From Octopus vulgaris (Eukaryota), in assembly GCA_951406725.2 (NCBI GenBank), contig OX597817.1, positions 57,598,001-57,662,000 on the forward strand: 64,000 bases of DNA, read 5' to 3'. A model generated the notes under the pieces. The model did not search any database. It was not told the DNA's origin and saw only the letters and a program-made list of their open reading frames with translations. The translations under genes were made by a program, and so were the position numbers. Shown here piece after piece: positions 51,293 through 64,000 of this stretch. Position 1 is the first letter of the stretch; each line of letters opens with the position of its first letter.

Positions 51293-52102
51293 TATTGTTA
51301 TTATTTAAGGCCTACTGCATCATGAAAGACTGAAGTTTTGGAGTCACTTGTATCTAATTCCCAGCAATTACCTTTGTTAATTCCCCTCCAGGGTTTTGTT
51401 TTATCCAATTAGAATTGGCGGAGTTAAGCCAGAATCAGCTTTGTTTTGTGTATGCGTGTGTGTGTGTGTGTTTTGTCTTATGCCAGGATATGAAGCAGAA
51501 GGAGCGGGCATTGCGAGTGAAAGGTGTCAATTGACCAATGGCTACAGTGATTTCCTGTCAAAAAAAATGGACAAATTTCTTCTTGCCAAACAAGAATAAA
51601 GAAGGAAAGAAAATAATTTCCTAAAATATCAATAAATAATAATGTATAAAAAATAGGGATGAACCAACAACGGGGGATGAAAGTAGGGTCCACTTAGCAG
51701 CACTATAAACCTCCAGGCAAATCAATGCATTGAGCCCTGTGGTATATATTTACTTATCGACAGCAAGTCACAACATACATAGATCAGAAGTGGGTCCCAA
51801 GACTTATAAGGGTCACCAGGTGATGCCCAAACCTGACCAGAATGTTTGCAAAACAATGGTGTCATCTAAAGGCACCCAATGACCAGATGGTGATGTTAAA
51901 GTGGCCTAGGGATTAAATGTAAGTAGGTAAAGACAGGATTTGAACCCAGAACACAAAGGGCCACAAAAAAATCCCTCAAAGCATCCAGTACTCTGATAGT
52001 TTTTATGCCAGTCCAGCACTTTAGAATGGTTACCTTTACTCATCCACCCTGGAAGGATAAAAGACAATGTTAATCTCAGAATGCATAGTACTGGAATAAA
52101 TA

Positions 52103-52337
52103 CCTATTTCTTTACTACCCACAAGGGGCTACACACAGAGGGGACAAACAAGGACAGACAAACGGATTAAGTCGATTATATCGACCCCAGTGTGTAATTG
52201 GTACTTATTTAATCAACCCCGAAAGGATGAAAGGCAAAGTCGACCTCGGCGGAATTTGAACTCAGAACGTAAAGACAGACGAAATACGGCTACGCATTTG
52301 GCTCGATGTGCTAACGTTTCTGCCAGCTCGCCGCCTT
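52103..52337 (-). mobile_element. tRNA-derived SINE family B (representative; others 30668-30895 +, three clustered copies 50190-50860 -, 62340-62550 -, 20110-20270 -, 32940-33135 -)
   Basis: GGCGGCGAGCTGGCAGAAACGTTAG..GAGTTCAAATTCC head and a shared AGTACCA..CTGGGGTCGAT core; multiple copies. Confidence 0.85.
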
Positions 52338-53140
52338 AAATACCACAAGGCATTCTGTTTGACCCTCGGCCAATTTGCCAGGAGGGTAATCAAAGTTGAT
52401 TCCAGCTGTAGGGTTTGAACTCAAACATTATGTGCCATAACAAATCATCACACTGCAAGGGACTCCATCATCGTCGTCGTCATCGTCATCATCATCAACA
52501 ACAATAACAACAAACCCTGCACATTCCTGCTTTAAGTCTTGTGATTCCTATGGCTGGTTTCCATGGCCTGTGAATGATGAAGATCGCAACATACCCACTG
52601 AAGAGGATGCCGGTTAGTCAGAGGGTCAGTCATTTACAGCCTAGTGGACTGCAACAATGTGAAATGAAGTGTCTCGCTCAAGAACAAGACACACTGCCCG
52701 GTTTGGGAATTGAAACCACAATTCCCATATCACTAGGCCACATGCTTTCACCATCATTTTCCATCCCCCCACCCACCAAAAAATTAATAAATATCACCAA
52801 AACAAAAAAAAAAGAACATCAACAGTGTAAAATTTAAGATAAACCACCTTTGTTAAGTAGAAGACCAGTTTTGTTGAGCAACTGCATAAATGGTTAACCC
52901 ACAGTATATTACAGGTACTTACTTCTCTTGTCTTTAATTAAGTGAGCAGCATTTCAGCAAAATTAAATATTTAATCGTTAATTATATTTTATAAAACAAT
53001 AAAAAAAAACCCTGCAATAACAAAAATATGTTTAAAAAAATAATAAAAAACATGGAGAAATTTGAAATGATTTATGATGGTAAGAGTCAATGGAATTGGT
53101 AAAACATGATCTCACAGACCAAAATATAAGAGGTATAGTT

Positions 53141-53183
<43 letters not shown>

Positions 53184-53599
53184 TGTTTTAGTACTAAACT
53201 GTGAAGCTCAATAAGGGTTGTTAGTTAAATATGTACATGAAGAGCTTCTGTACAGTTTCTATTGACCAAATTGCATTCTCAAGGAATTGGTCAGCCCAAG
53301 GCTACGGTTGGGGATAATTGCGCAAGTGACAGCACGCTGGAATTGAACCTGAAACTACGTTGTGCACTTTATCTATCCACATGTTTACTTATTCTCTCCT
53401 TCTCTTTGTCTCTTACATACACTCATACATACATACATATATATATATACATGCATACATACATACATACATACATACATACACTCATACATACATACAT
53501 ACATACATACATGCATACATACATACATACATACATGCATACATACATACATACACTCATACATACATACATACATACATACATGCATGCATGCATGCA

Positions 53600-53630
<31 letters not shown>

Positions 53631-53845
53631 GTGTAGTCAACAGTCTTATATAATCATTAGTTAGCTAAGCAATCAGAGATTTATACATTTATGATCACTT
53701 GTCAAATGTATACATAATCAGCAGTTATACAATCAGTAGGTAGGTATACATACAGATATATATATATATATATCTGTAAATGTAATTCCTCTATTTACAT
53801 AATATCAAGGTCTCTTTAATTCTTTTGTTGCCTTACCATTTTTAT

Positions 53846-53881
<36 letters not shown>

Positions 53882-53960
53882 GGAGAGAAAGTGTAGTTTA
53901 TGTATACATTTTCTCTCTCTATGTGTTAGCTATATAGCCTGTATTACATACAAATATCTA

Positions 53961-54024
<64 letters not shown>

Positions 54025-54039
54025 TATATATACATGTAT

Positions 54040-54084
<45 letters not shown>

Positions 54085-54880
54085 CATACATACATACATA
54101 CATACATACATACATACATACATACATACACATATATATATAATTTATTATTAACCGGGTAATAACCTTATAAAGTGCTTTCTAAAGCTCCTCCCTGGGT
54201 ATCAGCTACCAAATGGTATCTTACTGTAGGACTTTTCCTGTTGCTGGATATACATGTGCAAATTCACAAATATCCATTGTAGAGTATTAAAAGTTGTGTG
54301 TGTGATAACAGTTTGACTGAGCTCCACATTATACTTAAAGTTCCATGGACACAGAACACATCCACCTCATAAATGTTTAGAGACAGAATGGAATATAGTT
54401 TAAAAGAAATTTAAATGGCGTCCAGGTGAGAGCGTTTCAGCCTCCATTGGTCAGTTCAGTTCCTGTGCCTATTTTTACTATCATAGCAATATTATATCCT
54501 TAATTGGAAGCTTCACATGGTGCATTAAACAGCATATTGGCATTCTTCTGGGGTAGTATTTCAGTGATAACAATCACCACATGGAGTTGTAACCAATACG
54601 AGGGTGTCATATTATATATGAGTTTGTGTGACCAGCATGATTGATACTAGGCTGTAATCAGTACTGGACATAGAAATAATATACCCTGGCATTGTACGTA
54701 GACCAGCCTGGTTGAGGGGTGGGTTAGTCTGTTTATCGATAGCCAATGGCTTGAAGTAAACTAAATAACATGGAGCTAAGGCAAACTGTTATTAAATACA
54801 TAAAACTCCAATTAAATGCGTTGAGTATATTAAATGCCGTTTTCTTTTGTTTTCTCACTCAATCATGTACACACACACAT

Positions 54881-54955
<75 letters not shown>

Positions 54956-55689
54956 CATACATGCATGCACACGATAGTGGTAAATGAGTATTTAACACCT
55001 CATTTGGTGGATAAATCTATTTATCACTCGTTGATTAGTTTTCTGGATGTCTCGTTGAACATGGAGGCCAATTATCAACATTTTAAAGTAGAACATCTGA
55101 AAAACTGCAAAAATTCCCACATCATTCATCCACAAAGAAAGAGTGACCACACACACACACACACACACACACACATTTTATAGTCTGCTAAATAGTCCCA
55201 GAGTCATATGGTCACTAGTTGTTATATGTAGCCTGTGTTTATGGATATACGGTGTGCAGCCAATTATTAGACAGAGGGTTGATATGGAAATGGTTATCAT
55301 TGAGGTAAAGGTGAGTATAATAAATAATTAACATGGCTTTAATGAATGATTAAGATGTGATTAGCCCTATTAACATGAGGTACAGGGGAAACACGTGATT
55401 GTGTGACGTTCATGCCTGTTCTCAAGGATGTTAGCCACAGAAGTGAACTAGTTTCAATCAGAGATTGAAACTAGAATATATATATACATATATATATATA
55501 TATATTACTCTTGTCAAACGACATGTGTGGTGTGTGTGTGGATGTGTTGCGGGAGTATGTGCATTTGTATGTGTGTGAATATGTACAGACCAGTATGTTT
55601 GTATGTATGTGTGTTTGTGTGTGTGTGTGAATGAGATGTATTTTTAATTGTGTTTATGTGTGATCCAATCAATTTATTTCTTATAATTG

Positions 55690-56650
55690 TTGGTATTGAC
55701 CAGCCGTCAGTGTTGTATACTGTAATGCTCTGTAGTGACCAGTGGTCAAAGCAGTGTCTTATGCTGTGCCATACTGTACCAGTTAGTAATAAGTGGTTAG
55801 TAGTGACCAATGTTGTGTTGCATACCACATATTACTGTAATGGTTAATAGTGACCAATGTTAGATATTGTATCACACTGCAGTTGTAGTGACCAATGGTC
55901 AGTACTGTGTCACGTGCTGTAATAGTGGTCAGTGTGGTATTGTAAACTGTGTCTTACTCTAAACGTAATGATTAATGGTCAAAGCTGTGTTATACACTGT
56001 ACCATACAGTAACAGAGACCAGCGGTCAGTTTTGCATACCATATCATACCACAGTAGTTATGACTAACCAGTAGTCTGTGCTTTCTCATTTATTGTATCA
56101 TACAGTAGTAGTTGACAGTGACCATTAGTCATCAAAGTATAATGTATCATACTGTAATAAGAGTGACTAGGGGTCAGTGATGTAAATTACATCATAGTGC
56201 AATGGTGAGTTGTGACCACTAGCCATCAAAGCTTGTTGTAAACCATATCATATAATTATCAGTAGTGGCCAGCGATCAGAACTATGTAACATACTATATC
56301 ATACTGTAATTTTTACGATTGTCCAGTGGTCAGTGCTGTGTTGCATACAGTGGTGTCAGCTATATTGTATACTGTATCATACTATAGTAGTTATTAATGA
56401 CTGGTGGTCAGTGTCATGTTGTATACTGTATCATAATGTATTAGTTCATAGTGACCAATAACCAGTTCTGTGTTCTGTGTAATAGTAGTGACCAGTGGTC
56501 AGGGCTGTGTTATATACTGTATCGTATTCTGATGGTTTATAGTGATTAATGATCAGTTTTGTGTTATATACTGTACCAGGGTGTAATTGTTAGTTGTGAC
56601 CATTGGTCTGTTCTGTGCTGTATACTGTGTCATATTGTGATGGTCAGTGA
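55690..56650. repeat. Degenerate ~50-54-bp tandem array with palindromic TGACCAnTGGTCA core
   Basis: About 20 recurrences of GTGACCAGTGGTCAG..TGTGTT.TATACTGTATCATA..GTA-like units. Confidence 0.75.
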
Positions 56651-56755
56651 ACACCGGGTAGACAGAGTTTGCATGAGGTAATGTCTTATGAAAGATTGGG
56701 TTGTGGTTTGGTTGATTGGTGAATTGGTAAATTGGTGGCTTGGCTGGTGTATTTG

Positions 56756-56887
56756 TCAGTCAGAAGGGGAGTTCAGACTTTCTGATAATCGTTTTTGGTC
56801 AGATTCTTTCACGGTGTTTAGTATGGACTGCTTCACTTCAGCCGCAAGGTCAATGCCGTTGTCAAGGTGACTACACAACACCTTCAG
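56756..56887 (-). CDS. Probable terminal coding exon of an unidentified gene convergent with HACD (LKVLCSHLDNGIDLAAEVKQSILNTVKESDQKRLSESLNSPSD*)
   Basis: Minus-strand acceptor ctccatctatcgttgcag|; only phase 0 is open; non-repetitive, protein-like composition; ends in TGA. Family not recognised and upstream exons not confidently found. Confidence 0.5.
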   Translation of the reverse strand: MKVLCSHLDNGIDLAAEVKQSILNTVKESDQKRLSESLNSPSD

Positions 56888-57160
56888 CTGCAACGATAGA
56901 TGGAGACACATGTTGATAGATGCAAATGGTGAAATACACAAATAGACATTGCAATTAGATGAAACGGACTGTAAATATGTATGTGTGTGTATGCATGTTT
57001 ATAAAAGAAGAACATGAGTGGGGTTCAAAATTCACAACAGCAGTTTCAGAAGCATTTTATTGATACATTTTTAAATTACATCATGGCAAAAACCCACCAT
57101 CATCAGGTAAATTTTAAATACATAAACAAGTAAGGTTTATATTGGATTTGGTTCCTCTGT

Positions 57161-57202
<42 letters not shown>

Positions 57203-58376
57203 TGACAACTATAGGCAATAAAAATAAAAATAACTGCTTTTAACCATAGGCTGAAACAGCTGTAAGGAGTGATTTTAATGATTTCAATAATTTATATTAT
57301 CATTTTTATAATTTGTATTCTTATCTTATATGTATTGAATTATAAGATACATAAGTATGCTATTAAGGTTCTCATTTTGTTATATGAATAAAAAATTCAA
57401 CAATCTAATATCCAAAAGTTGATGAACAAACTAAATTGCTTCTCCATTTTCTTATTTGTATTATATATATACTCTTTTACTCTTTTACTTGTTTCAGTCA
57501 TTTGACTGCGGCCATGCTGGAGCACCGCCTTTAATCGAGCAACTCGACCCCGGGACTTATTCTTTTGTAAGCCCAGTACTTATTCTATCGGTCTCTTTTG
57601 CTGAACCGCTAAGTAACGGGGACATAAACACACCAGCATCGGTTGTCAAGCAATGCTAGGGGGAGAAACACACTCACACAAACACACACACGCATATATA
57701 TATACATATATACGACGGGCTTCTTTCAGTTTCTGTCTGCCAAATCCACTCACAAGGCTTTGGTCGGCCCGAGGCTATAGTAGAAGACACTTGGCCAAGG
57801 TGCCACGCAGTGGGACTGAACCCGAAACCATGTGGTTGGTAAACAAGCTACTTACCACACGTACCACCAACAAATGACAGCTAAGAGTTGTTTTACCTTA
57901 CTGCAAGCTCAGTACTTTGTACTCTGCCATTCCTGGTGTCCTACATATTGATATTCCTAGAGTCTAACAAATCCAGTTACTGATCAACATTTATGTGTGC
58001 GTGCATGTGTGTATGTGTGTGTATGTGTGTATTTATCAAAATTTTACCAGGACAAGGGTGATAGTGAATTGGAAGCTTCAGTCTGCTCGCCTACACCGAA
58101 CTGTCCAATGAAAGCTATTTGATTGAAACTTCGAAGTTACTGTCAACCTACTTCTTGTAAAAGATTAATAAATATGTACTCTACTAGAAAGTATTCAGTG
58201 ATTCTCCAGTTTAATGTTAAAATGCTTTTCTAAAAAAACTGACAAAAACAAACGCTGATATACATACATATATGTATGTGCGTGTGTATGTATGTATGTA
58301 TGTATGTATGTATGTATGTATGTATGTATGTATGTATGTATGTATGTATGTATGTATGTAGGTATGTATGTGACAG

Positions 58377-58662
58377 ATGAGTGACAACCTGGCCACTGGT
58401 GGTGATGTTAGACACCATACTAATCATGTCTGTCAGGCATGTGGAAGAGAGTGTAATTCGGCAGTACGACTTAAACGGCATACAAAGGTACATGAAGCCC
58501 AGTTACAACTACAGCTGGCTACTGCCGGTAAAGGTCTCAGTTGCCAATTCTGTACAAGACATTGTAGATCTTTAGCTGGGCTAAAAAGTCACATTCAATC
58601 TCAGCACCAGTAACAGTTAAGCTTCGTGCAATGGTCATACCTGATAACGAGGGGGCAACCAT
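58377..58662 (+). mobile_element. Probable 3' end of an RTE-type LINE encoding two C2H2 zinc fingers, embedded in (TATG)n
   Basis: CQACGRECNSAVRLKRHTKVH and CQFCTRHCRSLAGLKSHIQSQH*, then a ~50-bp UTR and (TATG)n; no TGEKP linker. Confidence 0.6.
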
Positions 58663-59935
58663 CATGTATGTATGTATGTATGTATGTATGTGTGTATGTG
58701 TGTATGTGTGTATGTGTGTGTGCATGTATGTATGTATGTATGTATGTATTGTGATTGAAAGTTATTCATCATAGCATTGATGTATGAATAAGACAAACAC
58801 ACATTTAGAGAGATTGGCAGGTATTCAGATAGACAGGTAGATAACTGAGACACCAACATATTCTGTGTTAAGGTAAAATGTTTTATCATAGAAGACTTTA
58901 TTGGAGTTCTTTCTGCCAACACCAGACATTACTCAGCTGTTTTACTATTTCATTCTGGCTGTTTTCTCTAACTAAACCAAATCAAACTCATATCAGACTG
59001 TCATATATATACTTCACACTTGTACCTCACTCACATACAATCTTGGCATTTCCAGCATCGCTAGAACAATTGCTACCATAAACCCTAATCTTACAATCTC
59101 TGCTAAACCCACCTGGTAAAAAGCACCATCTGAACGTGGCCGATGCCAATGCCACCTGACTGGTTCCCATGCTGGAGGCACGCAATAAGCACTATTCTCA
59201 GAGTGGTTGGCATTAGAAAGAGCATCCAGCTGTAGAAATCTTGTCAGATCAGATCGGAGCCTGGCTTGCCAGTCCCTAGTCAAATCGTTCAACCCATGCC
59301 AGTATGGAAAGCAGATGTTAAACGATGATGATGATAATGATGATGATGTGTGTGTGTATACATATATATATTTGAATGTGTGTGTATGTCAGTATTTATG
59401 TGTGCGTGTATTTGTCTTTGTGATTTCCCCACCACCACCACCACCACTTGATATCTGGTTTCGGTTTGTTTACATTCCCATGACTTAGCAGTTTGTCCAA
59501 AGAGACTGATATACTTCAGAAAACATAATTTGCTTGACTAAACCCTTCAAGGTGGTGCCCCAGCCTGGCCACAGACCAATGACCAGAACAAGTTGCAAAA
59601 CAATAGTTTTTCAGAAAAGAGAAACAATAACAGCTATAAATGGTTGTTTTAAAATTTCCATTTAAATATCTAAATTTCTAAACCTATCAAACCCATTGTA
59701 GCATGGAGCAATTGTGAGCTTATGACCAAACAGACGCTGGGGAAAATATGCCAAGGTTATTAGCTGGCCATAACAACAACAAGAACAATACTGATCTCTT
59801 ATATAATGGAGTGGCACAGATTTGGGTTTGGATAGAATGGCAGTGTGTGGGGGTGTGGGGATGTGGGTGTGAGCGTGTGTGTGTGTGTGTGTTTGTAAGC
59901 AGTTATGTGAGAGGGTAAGTATGTGGGAACATGCA

Positions 59936-59987
<52 letters not shown>

Positions 59988-60094
59988 TAAAATGATGCAT
60001 ATGTATATGTGTCTGTGTATTTGTCTGTGATTATATCAGAGGGAATGTATGTGTGTGAGTGTGTATTTCTATGTCTGTGTAAATATGAGTGAAG

Positions 60095-60127
<33 letters not shown>

Positions 60128-60466
60128 TAATTATGTACATGGGTATATATATATATATATATATATATGCATGTATGTATATTATATATATATATGTCTG
60201 TGTATGTGTGAATATAATTATATAAAGAGGGTGTGTATATGTAAAAGTATTTCTGTGTGTGTGTGTGATTATGCATGAGGAAATGTATCTGGTATGTGTG
60301 TGTTTACGTGAGAGAGAAAGAGAGAGAATTTGTGTGAATAAAATTATGTGAGAATGTATACATACATAAATATACATATACACACATACACACACACACA
60401 TTAGTATATGCATTTATGAATTTGTATGAAAGAAAGAGTTTGTCAAACTGAAAGTGTTTATGTAAT

Positions 60467-60510
<44 letters not shown>

Positions 60511-63413
60511 ACCAGACTGAACTTTACTCTATATTGAAACTAGAGAAATAGTGATTCCAAGCCTCAAAGAAGGATTCAGTCCTAAACTCTCATACATTCT
60601 ATCACTATGGCAACACCATTGTTTCTTCCTTCCTTCTTTCCCTCCTTCCTTCCTTCCCTCCCTCCTTTCCTCTCCCTTTTATCGAAAGTTCCAAGTGAAT
60701 ATATATTTTTTTTAATACATCCTATTTATTGTTCTAGATTTACAAGTCTGTGCCTAATATCTGCGTCCGTAGCTCTGTTTAGCCATCATGCCTAAGATAG
60801 CAATCACAGACAAAACACACGTACAAACTTTCTAGCATTTTACATACGTACAACTGACAACTAAAGTATTTAACCCCAAGTAACCCTGAACAGAATTATT
60901 CCATCTGTGACCACCCTGACTTTGTAGAGAATGTGTAGGGCCGTAAAACTTGTGCTTGTGGGGTGTGATTTAAAAGAGGTTTGGCTGTTATTACTAACAG
61001 GTTGCATGACCATATAGAAACCCTCTCATTGATTCATTATCATCATCATCATCAACTACTGGAAATTATTATAACGAGTGCTAGGAGTCACTGGGCCGGT
61101 TACTTGATTTCCATGACATGTGATTGACCAAGATCCCAGTACTCCCTCCTAGATGGGATGCCAGTCCATTGCAGGGTTAACTTACCAGCTATTGCTGGAA
61201 TTCCTTTACAGCTTAGTAGACTGGAGCAATCTAGGAATTGAAACCACAATCTTGTAATCATGAGTACAACACCTCAACCATTATGCCACAGGCTTTCTTT
61301 TCTAAAACATCCTCAAATTCAATTAACTTAATGAGATAAAAAAAGCTTTCAGTATTTTAATTGTGTTTTTGCATATTGAAATGTAATGAAAATAACTGCT
61401 TATTTTCTCATTAGTGAATAGCAACACTAATTGTTGACTAATTACCATATGTGATGGAATATCAGATGCATGATTTTTTTTTTTTTGAAAAAATCTCAAA
61501 AATCTCTCTCAGTTCCAAAATGCAAAGTTTGACCAAATATTAAAAGCTTTGATGCATTAAAAACCTTTTTCCCCTGAATATGAGCTGCTGGTATTGGGTG
61601 AGGTGGTGGTGGGCATCTAATTTGCCCATGTGTCTTTTATCCTTTCAAATATGATAATTTTAAGCAAAAATTATTGTTATTATTGATGTTAAGGATGGTG
61701 GTGGCGGCGGCGATGTTGGTGGTGGTGGTAGGGTTGGCAGAATCATTGCAGTATCTAACAGAATACCTTGCAGCATTTAGTTTTGGCCCTTTTCTGTTGG
61801 GGTCACCTTTGCCCCTCTCCCTCTGGCACTTACAAAGTAAGTTCAGCCAAATACTGGGATCAATATAATCCCCTATTCCTCCCCCACCCTTCCCATCAAA
61901 TCTGTGACTTTGTGCCTCAGTTAGATACCAAGATTGAAGTGGTTTGTAGAAGACTTGGCAGAGCAGAATTGGCACCAAATACCTCGTGGTATTTAGCTCC
62001 AGCATTCCATAGTTTGAATGACCCACACCACACACACCTTATACATACCCCCCTCCCATAAGCCCTCTACATTCACTTGTCCTTACATCACTGCCATTTC
62101 ACCATCATGCATCTTACATATTTCTCCTCTTTTAATGTGTTCCCGTTAAAGGACAATGAAAGTGATTTGTTTGTGAGAAACTGAACCATCTTTGCTGCGC
62201 TACTTTAAATTTGTAAAGTAAAATATTGTACTTGTTCTTTGAGAGGAAGAAGTACCGTCTTGAATCTGAGGACTCACTGCGCCCACCGAATCTGAGGACC
62301 CACCAGCTCACCACCTTAAAGTTAACAGTGATACTGGTTTCAAAGTTTGGCACAAGGCCAGCAATATTAGGGGGAGGGGATAAGCTGATTGGATCAACAC
62401 CAGTACACAACAGGTACTTATTTTTTCAACCCTGAGAGGATGAAAAGGAAAGTCAATCTCAGTGGAATTTGAACTCAGAACATAAAGACAGATGAAATAC
62501 CGCTAAGCATTTCACTTGGCGTGCTAACGATTCTGTCAGCTCACCACCTTAAGTTAACAATAGAATTAAACATTCTTTTAATTTTTCAAGTTAGAGCAGT
62601 TTGTGTGATTATTTACTGTTCCATTATCTAGAATCCTTGGTTCAAATCTTGTCATTTTTTTTATCTTCTTTCTCTCAAACAATATCTTTACATTTATATC
62701 CCAATAGAATCTATTGGGCATGAGAAAAATGTTTTGTCAGAAAATACTTTTTCTCTGACCTATTTATGTTTACACAAGTGTTTCTGTTTATACATACTTC
62801 AATACAGCTATATATATATATATATACATATATACATATACATATATATATATGATAGGTCACCATAGTACTCAAAACAGAGTGAAGTCTCAACACTAAG
62901 CAGATTCAAAAGCATGAAAACAATGGGGGGGTTGCATGTTGGGACTGTTCCTTCCATCAAAATTCTTTACACAAGATTGTACCAATGCACATCTATGCCA
63001 GTAACTTCTTAAACAACATCCTTTTCATAAATTTTTAAATAGCATTCTATTGACTACACGGCAATTCACCCTTTCTCTCTGATGAGTGGATGTATTACCA
63101 AATAATGATTATCAATTTTAGATTCCATTTCGAAAGGTAAAACATTCACAAAACTATCGTATGATATTTAAAACTTTTTTAAATAATCATACTTTATATA
63201 TTTATACGTCTATCTATTAATACAATATTATTTTGGACGTATATCTCCTGTGATGATTTTTTGATGTAATTTTCCTGCTCTTATTTTGTAATATAATATA
63301 TAATCGCTCTTATTAAATGTCGAACTACCTTTAATGTTTCAGACATTTCCCTACCAAGAGCACTTATTAGAAATTCAGTAGATTGCATTCTCATTGAATT
63401 CATTTGATTAATG

Positions 63414-63478
<65 letters not shown>

Positions 63479-63674
63479 CCATTTGTGTGGTACACACAAA
63501 AAATAGTAAATAACACCTCTCTATACTAGACTACAAAATTTCATGCAAAGATAAGAACAGTTATATATATATATATTTAGGCTCAGCAAAATTTAGATTC
63601 AGATGAATATGGTACTTAAGTTAAAGGCACCAAAATTTTGTATGATATTATCTATATAAATCAAATGGGGTGAT

Positions 63675-63786
63675 TATAATCAAAATAAGCAACAAGGATA
63701 TCCAAGGTAGTGTGGTACAATTGTAATCAAAATGAAACAATTGTACTACACTACCTTGGGTATCTTTGTTGCTTATTTTGATTATA
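63675..63786. repeat. Fold-back, 50-bp arms with 12-nt loop
   Basis: 63675-63724 is the reverse complement of 63737-63786 with 3 mismatches. Confidence 0.9.
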
Positions 63787-63793
63787 TATATAT

Positions 63794-63839
<46 letters not shown>

Positions 63840-64000
63840 TCGAGAGAGAGAGAGAGAGAGAGAGAGTACAGGTTCAAATTCCGGATTGGGAATTGTTTTG
63901 TATCCCTTAAGTAAGACATTTCACATTGTTTCTGTCTACTCAGTTGAAATGAGTATCTGCCTGGTGCTATTACAGCTCTCTCTCTTTCTTTCTCTCTCTC

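Noticed and set aside
55690-56650. Possible CRISPR array or coding repeat
   Set aside because: Linkers are homologous to each other rather than unique, unit length varies out of frame, and stops are frequent. Kept only as a non-coding tandem array.
60745-60791. Minus-strand acceptor-like site with short frame GMMAKQSYGRRY*
   Set aside because: All frames close within ~40 nt and it cannot be linked to the 56887 exon.

Overview
Eukaryotic, AT-rich, repeat-dense genomic DNA. The SINE, RTE and microsatellite content looks like an octopus (coleoid cephalopod) genome, which is an inference from repeat style. The one confidently reconstructed gene is a complete 7-exon, 227-aa HACD1/2-type (PTPLA/PTPLB/Phs1) very-long-chain 3-hydroxyacyl-CoA dehydratase on the + strand (17816-45132), absent as a whole from the ORF track. 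A probable terminal exon of an unidentified convergent gene lies at 56756-56887 (-). A weaker candidate divergent gene has small exons at 16869-16903 and 11303-11371 (-). The rest is transposon-derived: RTE, CR1/L2 and R4-like LINE fragments, a full-length but defective IR/DR-type Tc1 (DD34E), maT and mariner remnants, Merlin-, piggyBac-, hAT- and Tc1-type MITEs, several tRNA-derived SINE families, and micro/minisatellites. The most interesting signals are: (i) fold-back elements carrying hammerhead-ribozyme cores, two of them in sense orientation in HACD intron 1, one with its core covered by an upstream antisense arm; (ii) a tandem array built from the RTE 3'UTR with a nested RTE inserted into it; (iii) opposed RTE-UTR copies bracketing HACD exons 2-4 (348 nt, frame-preserving); (iv) paired CpG-rich MITEs flanking HACD exon 1; (v) a ~1 kb degenerate array with a palindromic TGACCAnTGGTCA core just past the convergent gene's stop. 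Everything was read by eye, so family assignments of degenerate elements need database confirmation.
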